From contig CAWBMP010000004.1 in the NCBI GenBank assembly GCA_963790025.1, forward strand, positions 96,001 through 160,000: a DNA stretch of 64,000 bases, in the 5' to 3' direction. Positions 39,232 to 48,285 of the stretch are shown piece by piece. The notes under the pieces are model-generated. The model searched no databases. It was not told the DNA's origin and saw only the letters and a program-made list of their open reading frames with translations. Position numbers and translations under genes: made by a program. Position 1 is the stretch's first letter; every line of letters starts with the position of its first letter. The DNA is from Nitrospirota bacterium. GTDB taxonomy: Bacteria; Nitrospirota; Thermodesulfovibrionia; Thermodesulfovibrionales; Dissulfurispiraceae.

Positions 39232-39782
39232 CAGTTCATCGCTCCCAGCTCATCGACAAAGATGATGATGAGCCTTTCAGGACCGTGAACGCCGATGGTG
39301 AGAACACGCTCGATGTCTGCTGTCCGGCTCGGACCGGTGATCATTGCAATATAGCCGCTCTCCGCGGGACCGATCTTCGTTAAAAGAGATGGCATGTCTG
39401 CAAGAAGCCTGTCCGTGGCAACCAGGGCTATGTGTATAAGGGGCAGCGAAGATGCCAACCGCTGCCCCACGGCGGTCGAGTCCTGTGCCAGTGAGCCCGT
39501 ATTTGCTATGGCCCAGTCCATCTGGGTAATACCAATCCTGGATTCCACAGCAGCTTCACGGCTTACATCGAACTTCAGACCCGGAACTTTCTCTGAAAGC
39601 TGCTTCTTGTCAAACCCATTTAGAAAACTGCATTCGGCCCAAACAGCATAGGACTGCGGTTGATCAGCAACGCCTTCTTTTTTTAGCATATCCATAATAA
39701 AATCGAGGGCCTCTCTCCTGGCCGAAAAATGATGGACCTCTGCGCTCACCGCCTCAGCCCGGGTCTTGAATAACTCAAACAT
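39231..39782 (-). CDS. LutC/LldG lactate utilisation protein
   Basis: ITGPSRTADIERVLTIGVHGP. Confidence 0.93.
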   Translation of the reverse strand: MFELFKTRAEAVSAEVHHFSARREALDFIMDMLKKEGVADQPQSYAVWAECSFLNGFDKKQLSEKVPGLKFDVSREAAVESRIGITQMDWAIANTGSLAQDSTAVGQRLASSLPLIHIALVATDRLLADMPSLLTKIGPAESGYIAMITGPSRTADIERVLTIGVHGPERLIIIFVDELGAMN

Positions 39783-39808
39783 GAAAGTTCCTCCCCTATC
39801 GCTTTCCG

Positions 39809-41581
39809 CTACTCCCTCGCCGGGTTACCTATCACCCTGGACAGCACCGTTACAAGCAATGCGAGACCGACGGTTACAGCAAGATAGAGCAACCCGTCCG
39901 AAGGGAACGCGGGTTTTGCAGCGGCAGCCGCCGCAGCGACTGCGGGAGTTACAACTGCCGCCTTTGCTGAGACAGGGACAATCCACTTGATGACATATGC
40001 CTGCAATAACGCCATCACACCTATAACGGCGGTGAGTATGATCGAATGTTTGATGGTAAAACGGAAAATATCCGATTCATGCCCGACAAGACCAACGGCC
40101 GCGGTTGCCACTGAAAGTGATTGGGGTGAGATCATCTTCCCGCACACGCCTCCCGAAGAGTTTGCTCCCACGGTGACCACAGGATCGACGCCTATCTGTG
40201 TAGCGGTCACGTACTGAAGCTTTCCGAAGAGTGCGTTGGAAGACGTGTCCGATCCGGTCATGAAGACACCAAGCCATCCGAGAAATGCCGCGAAGAAAGG
40301 AAATAGAAAGCCGGTCATTGCAAAGGCATTGCCGAGGGTAATCACCATTCCCGAGAAGTTAAAAATATAAGCAAACCCGAGAATCGACGAGATTGTCAGG
40401 ACAGGAAGGCGAAGCTTCTTCAGGGTATCTCCGGCTACGGCCAATGCTGTCGAAATCGATGAGCCCATAACAGGTATGGAGAATAACGCTACGAACAGGA
40501 TGGCCGTGCCTGTAGCGCTAAGGGTGTTGAACAGGTAAACAGCGGCCATCGGCTTTCCACCCCTGATAACCATGTTATGGAGTCCGGCTATCGGGAACTT
40601 GACCAGGCCGTAAAAATCGAGGGCGGCCTTGATGGGCTTGATGCCCCAGGCAGCGACAAATATTGAGAGGATCAGAAAAGGCGCCCATGCCCTGAAGACC
40701 TGCCCGCCTGTGCAGCCGAGTTTCCCCCTGCCGCAGGCTGCTGCTTCATGGTCGAAGGTCCAGCTCTCCTTGGGGTGCCAGAACCTGAGAAAAAAGGTGA
40801 GGCATATAATTGAGGCAAGAGACGCCAGGATATCCGGGAGCATGGGTCCCAGGAAGTTTGAAGATAAATACTGTACGAGTGCAAACGATCCGCCGCTGAC
40901 AAGACAGGCAGGCCAAACCTCTACACCCTTCTTCCAGCCTGACATAAGCACCACAAGGTAAAGAGGGATCAGGACACTAAGGAAAGGCAAGGTCCGTCCG
41001 ACCATCTGGCTGAGCGCCATCTGGTCAACGCCGGCAACCTGGGCGCCGACTATGATCGGTATTCCAATGGCCCCAAATGCGACCGGGGCGGTGTTGGCTA
41101 TAAGGCAGATGCCGGCTGCATAGAGCGGGACGAAGCCGAGTCCCATCAGCATCGCTGCAGTAATGGCGACCGGTGCTCCGAAACCTGCTGCTCCCTCGAG
41201 AAACGCGCCGAAAGAAAAGGCTATCAGAAGGGCCTGCATGCGCCTGTCATCCGAGATGGCGGCCAGCGAATTCTTGATGATCTCGAACTGTCCCGTCTTG
41301 ACAGAAAGGTTGTAGATAAAAAGGGCAGTGACGATGATCCACGACACCGGCCACAAGCCGAACAGACATCCGTTCAACGTAGAAAGCACGGCATATTTGA
41401 CCGGCATTCCGTAGCCGACAATGGCAATGAACAGGGCTATCGCAACGGCGCTCATGGCAGCCCAGTGTCCGGCCATCCTTTTGAACGCCAAAGCCCAGAA
41501 CAGGTAGAGCACCGGTACAGCCGCCATCAGGGCGGAAAGACCGAGATTTCCCAAAGGATCAGTAACTGTTTGCCAAGGCAT
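39809..41581 (-). CDS. L-lactate permease (LctP/LldP family)
   Basis: FLEGAAGFGAP, NTAPVAFGAIG, TGSDTSSNALF, GKMISPQS. Confidence 0.95.
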   Translation of the reverse strand: MPWQTVTDPLGNLGLSALMAAVPVLYLFWALAFKRMAGHWAAMSAVAIALFIAIVGYGMPVKYAVLSTLNGCLFGLWPVSWIIVTALFIYNLSVKTGQFEIIKNSLAAISDDRRMQALLIAFSFGAFLEGAAGFGAPVAITAAMLMGLGFVPLYAAGICLIANTAPVAFGAIGIPIIVGAQVAGVDQMALSQMVGRTLPFLSVLIPLYLVVLMSGWKKGVEVWPACLVSGGSFALVQYLSSNFLGPMLPDILASLASIICLTFFLRFWHPKESWTFDHEAAACGRGKLGCTGGQVFRAWAPFLILSIFVAAWGIKPIKAALDFYGLVKFPIAGLHNMVIRGGKPMAAVYLFNTLSATGTAILFVALFSIPVMGSSISTALAVAGDTLKKLRLPVLTISSILGFAYIFNFSGMVITLGNAFAMTGFLFPFFAAFLGWLGVFMTGSDTSSNALFGKLQYVTATQIGVDPVVTVGANSSGGVCGKMISPQSLSVATAAVGLVGHESDIFRFTIKHSIILTAVIGVMALLQAYVIKWIVPVSAKAAVVTPAVAAAAAAAKPAFPSDGLLYLAVTVGLALLVTVLSRVIGNPARE

Positions 41582-41634
41582 ATTCTTCCTCCTCTTTTAA
41601 ACGAATAATGTTTGTTATGCTGTAACACACAACG

Positions 41635-44466
41635 CTATAATGCTGTTGTACACCTGTCAACAAGATACATAATCGACTGATAACCTATCCCGCCGTGTAA
41701 AGAAAGGCCAATCTCGCAGGTACGGCTGTTTGAATAACCCGCACGGCAATCCTCAGGCAGCGAGACACTGAGTTCCGCAAGGGCCGACTCGTTAAGCTCC
41801 GGATACGAAAAGCCCCTATCACCGGCAAAGCCGCAGCATCCCACCTTCGGCGGCATAAGGACCCTTTCGGAGCATGCCTCGGCTACGGCCCGGAATTTCC
41901 CTGCCAGTCCCATCTTCACAGAGCTGCAGGTCACATGCACCGCTATGGGTTCCGGCGCTTTTTTAAACACCAGACGGTCCATGAGAAATGTGTGGATGAA
42001 CTCAACGGGATCGTATAACTTCAACCCCTGGGCAAACGCGCCTCTCATCCGATAAAGACACGGACTGGTATCGCAAAGCACGGGATGTTCTCCGCCATTG
42101 CTTCGTGCGAGGAGCGCACTTTCAAGCTGACGCGACATTTGATCGGCCTGTTCGAAGAAACCCTTACTCTCAAAGGTTATACCGCAGCACAACTTTTCCA
42201 TTCCCTCGGGAAACAATACATCGTAGCCCGCTTTCCCGAGGACTGAAAGCGTGGCCTCGAATACAGCCCTCCGGTCTTTATCGCTTTTCGAAGGACCCAT
42301 GGTCCTTACTATGCAGCTCGGAAAATAAACCACAGTGCGGTCCGAACTGTTTTTGATGTCCCGGAATCGACGCGCGGATACCGCTTCAGGCATATGGGGA
42401 TTCCAAAGGGGAATTTTGTTGTTAGAAAGCTTCCGCAGCCCCCGGCTGATTTTTTCCATTAGTGCAGAACCGAAAACTGCATGCGCGGCGCTCGCGGCCG
42501 TCAGCCCGTATCTTACACCGGACAATACCGTTGGGTAGTGGTCCGCAAACCACTGGGCCGCATGGATGTCACGCGGACTGTTTTTCAGCGAGCGCAGGTA
42601 CTTCGTCAGCTTTCCGGTATCAATGGATACAGGGCAGGCCGTTGCGCAGAGGCCGTCAGCTGCGCAGGTCTGTTCTCCTAAATATGTGTACGCGCCTTCG
42701 AGGACCTCGATCCTTCCACTTTTCTCTCCGGCTGCCCTCAGCCTGGAAATTTCCCTCCGGACAACGATACGCTGTCTCGGTGTCGCGGTAATATTCTTCG
42801 AAGGACACTTCACCTCGCAAAAGCCGCATTCTATGCACCTATCCACAATCTCGTGGGTTTTCGGCAGCGGTTTCAGGTTTTCTATATGAACAACCGGATT
42901 GTCATTTATCATTACACCCGGATTCAATAAATTGTCAGGGTCAAATGCCCCTTTTATTCTTTTCATTAAATCATAGGCCTTCTTACCCCACTCCAATTCT
43001 ACAAAAGGGGCCATGTTCCTTCCGGTTCCGTGTTCGCCTTTGAGGGAACCATCATACTTTTTCACCACGATATTACAGACGTCATCCATGAAACGATGAT
43101 ATCGTTGCACCTCTTCGGGATCGTTGAAATCCTGTGTGAACACAAAATGGAGATTTCCGTCAAGGGCGTGGCCGAAGATGATCCCCTCGCTATAGCCATG
43201 CTTTTTCAGCAGTCCCTCTATTTCAAGCGCAGCACATGCAAGATTTTCGATAGGAAAGGCAACGTCCTCGATTATGACCGTAGTCCCGATTTCCCTCGCC
43301 GCGCCCACCGCGGGGAAAAGTCCTCTCCTCACATCCCAGAGTCTTTCATATTCTTCCTTGATATCGGTAAATGCAATGGGGAAGACTGTCGGGACGCGCT
43401 GCAGTGAATCCATGATCTCTTCCATCTGTCTTTTGAGAGAAGTTACGTCGCCGGCCCTCGTCTCTATGAGCAGGGCAGCCGTCTGCGGGCCCAGCGACTT
43501 TAAATATGAAGGCATTCCGCCTCTGTCCTCTACGGAACGCAGGGACGCCCGATCCATCAATTCCACGGCGGAGGAAGGTCCCCCTTTCAGTATGATCGTT
43601 GCCTTGCAGGCATTCTCCATGTCCGGGAAAATTACAAGGGTGCTCGCTTTATGCACATGTTCGACAACCGTCCTGTATGTAATCTCGGCTATAAAGCCGA
43701 GAGTGCCTTCCGAGCCGATCATTAAATGTAGGATGATGTCTATCGGATCGGTGTAATCGACAAACGAGTTCAGACTATAACCCGTAGTATTCTTGATGCT
43801 GTACTTGTGAATTATCCTCTGCCTAAGGTCCCCGTCGCTGTTTATCTCGTCCCTGATGCATCCGATTTCCTCGAGGAGCATTTTATGTGAAGCCGCAAAC
43901 CGCAGCCTTGATCCGGGGTCGCCGGTATCCAGCACCAGGCCTCCGGAAAGAATAATCTTCATCCTGTCAACAGTCTTGTAGCTGTTCTGCGCGGTCCCGC
44001 AGCACATGCCGCTGGCGTTGTTGGCTGCGATCCCGCCGATCATGCAACTGTTGATCGAAGCCGGATCAGGGCCTATCTTTCTGCGATGAGGAATGAGGTA
44101 ACTGTTCGCCTCCGCACCGATCACTCCCGGTTCGCAGGTTATCCGCTCCCCATTGTCATGGACCGTAAACTTCTTCCATCCGCCGGAGATGACTAATAGC
44201 ACAGAGTCGGTGACCGCCTGCCCTGAAAGGCTCGTGCCCGCGGCCCTGAACGTAACCGGGACCTTTAAACGATCGGCTATGTTCAGTATACGCGAGATTT
44301 CCTCAGGCGTATTTACGCGGATGACAATTTTCGGAATGAGCCGGTAAAAACTGGCATCGGTCCCATACGCAAGGGTACGGAAGGGGTCGCTGAAAAGTCT
44401 CGATCGAGGGATGAACCCGCCTATCTCCTCGTAAAACAGTCTGTATTTGTCCGTAAGGGGATCCAT
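41635..44466 (-). CDS. FAD- and Fe-S-containing D-lactate dehydrogenase (Dld-II type)
   Basis: GTDASFYRL, GTSLSGQ, GPDPAS, GSLKGEHGTGRNMAPF, CIECGFCE, CCGFAGDRG. Confidence 0.9.
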   Translation of the reverse strand: MDPLTDKYRLFYEEIGGFIPRSRLFSDPFRTLAYGTDASFYRLIPKIVIRVNTPEEISRILNIADRLKVPVTFRAAGTSLSGQAVTDSVLLVISGGWKKFTVHDNGERITCEPGVIGAEANSYLIPHRRKIGPDPASINSCMIGGIAANNASGMCCGTAQNSYKTVDRMKIILSGGLVLDTGDPGSRLRFAASHKMLLEEIGCIRDEINSDGDLRQRIIHKYSIKNTTGYSLNSFVDYTDPIDIILHLMIGSEGTLGFIAEITYRTVVEHVHKASTLVIFPDMENACKATIILKGGPSSAVELMDRASLRSVEDRGGMPSYLKSLGPQTAALLIETRAGDVTSLKRQMEEIMDSLQRVPTVFPIAFTDIKEEYERLWDVRRGLFPAVGAAREIGTTVIIEDVAFPIENLACAALEIEGLLKKHGYSEGIIFGHALDGNLHFVFTQDFNDPEEVQRYHRFMDDVCNIVVKKYDGSLKGEHGTGRNMAPFVELEWGKKAYDLMKRIKGAFDPDNLLNPGVMINDNPVVHIENLKPLPKTHEIVDRCIECGFCEVKCPSKNITATPRQRIVVRREISRLRAAGEKSGRIEVLEGAYTYLGEQTCAADGLCATACPVSIDTGKLTKYLRSLKNSPRDIHAAQWFADHYPTVLSGVRYGLTAASAAHAVFGSALMEKISRGLRKLSNNKIPLWNPHMPEAVSARRFRDIKNSSDRTVVYFPSCIVRTMGPSKSDKDRRAVFEATLSVLGKAGYDVLFPEGMEKLCCGITFESKGFFEQADQMSRQLESALLARSNGGEHPVLCDTSPCLYRMRGAFAQGLKLYDPVEFIHTFLMDRLVFKKAPEPIAVHVTCSSVKMGLAGKFRAVAEACSERVLMPPKVGCCGFAGDRGFSYPELNESALAELSVSLPEDCRAGYSNSRTCEIGLSLHGGIGYQSIMYLVDRCTTAL

Positions 44467-44626
44467 TACAAATTAGAATACAATACTGGACAAAAGAATG
44501 CATATCGGATTTTGTCCTATGAAGGATGAATAATGGCAATAGGCGATAGGCTATAGGCTATGGTGTTAATGCTGGAGAAAAAATTGTCCTACAACAACTA
44601 CCTATTGCCTATTGCCTGTATTACGC

Positions 44627-45268
44627 TTAGTCGGTGAGTGATATGAGGTTATGCTTTATTGTATAGTTGGTCAATTCGGCATTGCTTTTCATCTTCATCT
44701 TTTCGAGGATGTGGACCCTGTGAGTACTGACAGTTTTCACGCTCAGGAAAAGCTCACCTGCAATCTCGCTGACTGTCTTACCCATAGCTATCATGCATAG
44801 TATCTGATATTCCCTGTCGGAAAGTTTCTCATGAACAGGACGCTCCGCTTCGGGTTCGAGGTCGAAGAGAAGCCTTTCCGCGATGGAGGCGCTGATGTAT
44901 CTGCCTCCCTTCGATATCTTCCTTATGGCATCTATGAGTTCTTCAGAGGCGCTCACCTTTGTAATATAACCGGCGGCGCCCGCCTTTATCGCGCGAACAG
45001 CATACTGCTCTTCGGGATACATGCTCAGTACGAGGACCCTTAGTTTAGGCTTCTGGGTCTTGAGGAGCTTCAGTGTATCGAGCCCGTTCAGGCCGGGCAT
45101 AGCGATGTCGAGCACGAGCAGATCGTAATCGTTCTTTGAAACCTTGTCGAGGACCTCCTGTCCTCCACTCGCCTCATCGGCAACGACCAAATCCGGAACA
45201 TCCTCGAGTATCTGCCTCAATCCTTCACGAAAAATCGCGTGGTCGTCTGCAATAAGTATCCGCGTCAT
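44627..45268 (-). CDS. NarL/LuxR-family response regulator
   Basis: REC plus LSDREYQIL..LSVKTVSTHR HTH. Confidence 0.93.
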   Translation of the reverse strand: MTRILIADDHAIFREGLRQILEDVPDLVVADEASGGQEVLDKVSKNDYDLLVLDIAMPGLNGLDTLKLLKTQKPKLRVLVLSMYPEEQYAVRAIKAGAAGYITKVSASEELIDAIRKISKGGRYISASIAERLLFDLEPEAERPVHEKLSDREYQILCMIAMGKTVSEIAGELFLSVKTVSTHRVHILEKMKMKSNAELTNYTIKHNLISLTD

Positions 45269-45292
45269 ACCAAATTCACCCTCAAAAACCTA

Positions 45293-45427
45293 AACCGCAG
45301 AGCACACAGAGATTATTGTTGCACTCAAAGAACCGAAGTACAGAGAGCCCCGGGATTCTGCTCTGTGTAAGCTCGGTTTTAACTCTTGTTCCAAGATTAA
45401 TCATTTCCTCTGTGTTCTCTGTAGTTT
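45293..45427. repeat. Inverted 9-mer-type arrays (CRCAGAG / CTCTGYG)
   Basis: aaccgcagagcacacagag ... ctctgtgttctctgtagtt. Confidence 0.65.
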
Positions 45428-45430
45428 TTT

Positions 45431-47011
45431 TTAATTCAGTGGTATGCTCAATTTTACGGTTGTCCCTTTTCCGGGAATGCCCCCGATGGTGACTTCGCCG
45501 CCGAGGAAACGGGCGCGTTCCCTCATTCCCATGAGTCCGAAAGACTCGTGGCTCGAAACCTTCTCATCGTCGATTCCTGTCCCGTTGTCCCTCACTTCGA
45601 GCAAAAGGCAATTATCTTCTTTTGCGAGGACAACATCAACACGGGTGGCTTTTGAGTGGCGCATCACATTCGTAAGCGTTTCCTGAAATATGCGGAAAAC
45701 AGCGATAGAAATGCCCTGGTCCTCCACCGCCACCTCATGGGATATTACGGCTGAACATTCGGTCCCTGTCTGTTCTTTAAATTCCTTGACCTGCCATTCT
45801 ATTGCAGCCGGGAGACCGAGATAATCCAGCACGCCCGGCCTCAGTTCAGAAGATATTCTCTGGACAGTCCGGATCGTTGTGTCGACAAGGCCTGACATCT
45901 TTTCAGTCTTTTCAATAAGCTGTCGAGGCCCCTCTGACAGCCGTTTTTTCAGCCAGGAGAGATCGAGTTTCAGCCTCGAAAGAATCTGCCCGAGTTCATC
46001 GTGGATCTCGCGGGCGATGTGTCCCCTCTCTTCTTCTCTGGCCGATTGGATATGTGCCGACAGGATCCTCAGTTCCTCACGCGAACTTCTTAGTTCATCT
46101 TCCACTCTTTTGCGCTCGGTTATGTCCCTTCCGATGGTCTTCGTCCTCAGCAGTTCACCGTTTTCATCGAACTCAATGAATACATTCAGTATTGCCGGAA
46201 ATGTCGTACCGTCCTTTCTTATAAACTCTCTCTCGAGGCCGTACAGCGCGGCATGATCTTTCAGGACGGAAAAATCCTTTTCATATATCTTCCGCGATTC
46301 CTCAGTAAGGAAATCAGCGATAGGCCTGCCGATAATCTCGTATTTCGCGTAACCCAACATTTTTGCTTCTGTATCGTTACACTCGATCACAATCCCATTC
46401 CGGTCGATGGAGTGGTACATGTCAGGGGCATTGTCATAAAGGTCGCGGTATTTTTTTTCGCTCTTGTGAAGGGATTTCTGCGTCTCGATAACACTGAGAG
46501 ACTGCTCCGCCAGATCACAGATGAAACGCACAAGTGCCCTGTCGTAAGCAATTATGTAGTTGACCTTCTCGACACTGAAAACCCGTATCTTGTCGAGCGC
46601 AGCAAGATAAGCGTCGAGATCGTAACCGAATTCCCGCGCCTGTCTGATAAAGTATTGTCGGTCGGGAACTTCACCTTCAAAGTAGAATTGTGTCAGGAAC
46701 ATTGTCGCCAGGTGCCGTCCGGCAACAAGTATGGGGAGTGCTACATGCCACATCCCGTTACTGCATTTATATTGATGAAATTCTTTGGTGAGATGGTCTT
46801 CTATGACACGATCGCTCTCAATGCAGCGCCTGTTGGAAAGCGGAAAAGCACGATGATAATTCGTACAGATGTCTGTCCAGCCGGCCTGGACAAGAACTGA
46901 CATGTCGAAAACGTCGACGATACTCATAGGTAAACCGCTGGCCAGGAAGTTGGAATCGGCCAACTTCTGGATAAGCGACATATCGAGGAGCTCGGAAAGC
47001 CGGTAGCTCAC
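45431..47011 (-). CDS. PocR-PAS-HisKA_3 sensor kinase
   Basis: PocR Cys pattern (ICTNYHR..RCIESD..YKCSNGM), PAS, IAREIHDELGQ. Confidence 0.88.
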   Translation of the reverse strand: MSYRLSELLDMSLIQKLADSNFLASGLPMSIVDVFDMSVLVQAGWTDICTNYHRAFPLSNRRCIESDRVIEDHLTKEFHQYKCSNGMWHVALPILVAGRHLATMFLTQFYFEGEVPDRQYFIRQAREFGYDLDAYLAALDKIRVFSVEKVNYIIAYDRALVRFICDLAEQSLSVIETQKSLHKSEKKYRDLYDNAPDMYHSIDRNGIVIECNDTEAKMLGYAKYEIIGRPIADFLTEESRKIYEKDFSVLKDHAALYGLEREFIRKDGTTFPAILNVFIEFDENGELLRTKTIGRDITERKRVEDELRSSREELRILSAHIQSAREEERGHIAREIHDELGQILSRLKLDLSWLKKRLSEGPRQLIEKTEKMSGLVDTTIRTVQRISSELRPGVLDYLGLPAAIEWQVKEFKEQTGTECSAVISHEVAVEDQGISIAVFRIFQETLTNVMRHSKATRVDVVLAKEDNCLLLEVRDNGTGIDDEKVSSHESFGLMGMRERARFLGGEVTIGGIPGKGTTVKLSIPLN

Positions 47012-48285
47012 AATATGGCGCTAACCTTTTCAACGTGCAGTTTCACCTCACCCGCCGCCTTTTCCAGTATCTCCGCATTCAAACGCAACAGACTTGCGGA
47101 TTTGGTCTTCAGAATTTCCTTCTCTTTTTCTTCCCTGAGACTGAAGCCTAATTCCCTGACAAACAGGTTTGCGAAATGGACGACGACAAGCTCCTGTTCA
47201 GGTTTTTCAAAGGTTGAAATGTCCTCATGGTTCAGGGCCACCAATGGGTAAACAGACGGGAAAGACCACTTCGACAGCAGCATGTATCCCGCCTTATTAT
47301 GCAGGGAGTTCACTGTGTCCAAGGTATGCGTCAGGTCTATTCCCCGCTTGCCTTTTGTCAGTTCCGCAAGCACTTGCAGGACCAGAAGCTTGCCGATATC
47401 ATGAAAAAGCCCCAACGCAAAAAAATTATAATTGTCCGGAATTTCCAGATGTCTCGCTATGGACTCACTCGCCGCTCCGCAAGCTATCGAATGGATAAAC
47501 AGGTCCTTGATAGTACCTTCAAACCGCTTGTCTTTCAGCGCAAACAGGTTTTTGTTCGAGATGAGATAAACAAGCTCTCTGGTTTCATCCATTCCCAGCC
47601 TGCTGATGGCCTCCTCAACCTGGGTGCATTCCTTGCCCCCACTGTAGTATACCGAATTCGAAACGCTGATGAGCCTTGAGGAAATACCCGGGTCCATTTC
47701 GATAAGTTCAGAAAGGGAATGAATATCAGCGTCTTCTTTTCGCAAAGTCTCTTCGATCGTAAAGATAATCTGAGGCATTGCAGGAAGGGTCACTTCCCCT
47801 TTTCCGATAAGTTCCATTATATTTACCGATATGGATTTGAGGTCGACATCGTCCGCTGGAGGCGCCCAGGCATTTTTCATGGGGTCCGCCTGGCGATGCG
47901 CCGGTCCACCCATCAGTTTTTCTATTTTTTGAATCAGCAATGCTTTGTCAAAAGGCTTGATCACGTAATCGCTTACTCCGGCCTTTACTGCCGAGGCCAC
48001 ACTTTCAACGTCTTTTCTTACCGTCAGCATCAAAAAGGCGATTTTGTTTGTACGCTCCTCAGCCTTCATTTTATTCAGAAGCTGGTTGCCGTCCATACGC
48101 GGCATGTTCCAGTCTGAAAGTACCAGATTATAACTTCCGGACTGTATTTTTTCCCAGGCTTCCATACCGTCGGCTGCCGTATCGACTGCCTCGCAAGGGA
48201 AGTTGGATTTTACGATCAGTTTAAGGGCCAGCACTATATTTGCATCATCGTCCGCAATCAGCACCTTCATTTTTTCCTTCATCAC
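47008..48285 (-). CDS. REC-HDOD domain protein
   Basis: N-terminal REC; LPAMP, DPGISSRLI..SNS, GLFHDIGK. Confidence 0.88.
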   Translation of the reverse strand: MMKEKMKVLIADDDANIVLALKLIVKSNFPCEAVDTAADGMEAWEKIQSGSYNLVLSDWNMPRMDGNQLLNKMKAEERTNKIAFLMLTVRKDVESVASAVKAGVSDYVIKPFDKALLIQKIEKLMGGPAHRQADPMKNAWAPPADDVDLKSISVNIMELIGKGEVTLPAMPQIIFTIEETLRKEDADIHSLSELIEMDPGISSRLISVSNSVYYSGGKECTQVEEAISRLGMDETRELVYLISNKNLFALKDKRFEGTIKDLFIHSIACGAASESIARHLEIPDNYNFFALGLFHDIGKLLVLQVLAELTKGKRGIDLTHTLDTVNSLHNKAGYMLLSKWSFPSVYPLVALNHEDISTFEKPEQELVVVHFANLFVRELGFSLREEKEKEILKTKSASLLRLNAEILEKAAGEVKLHVEKVSAIL

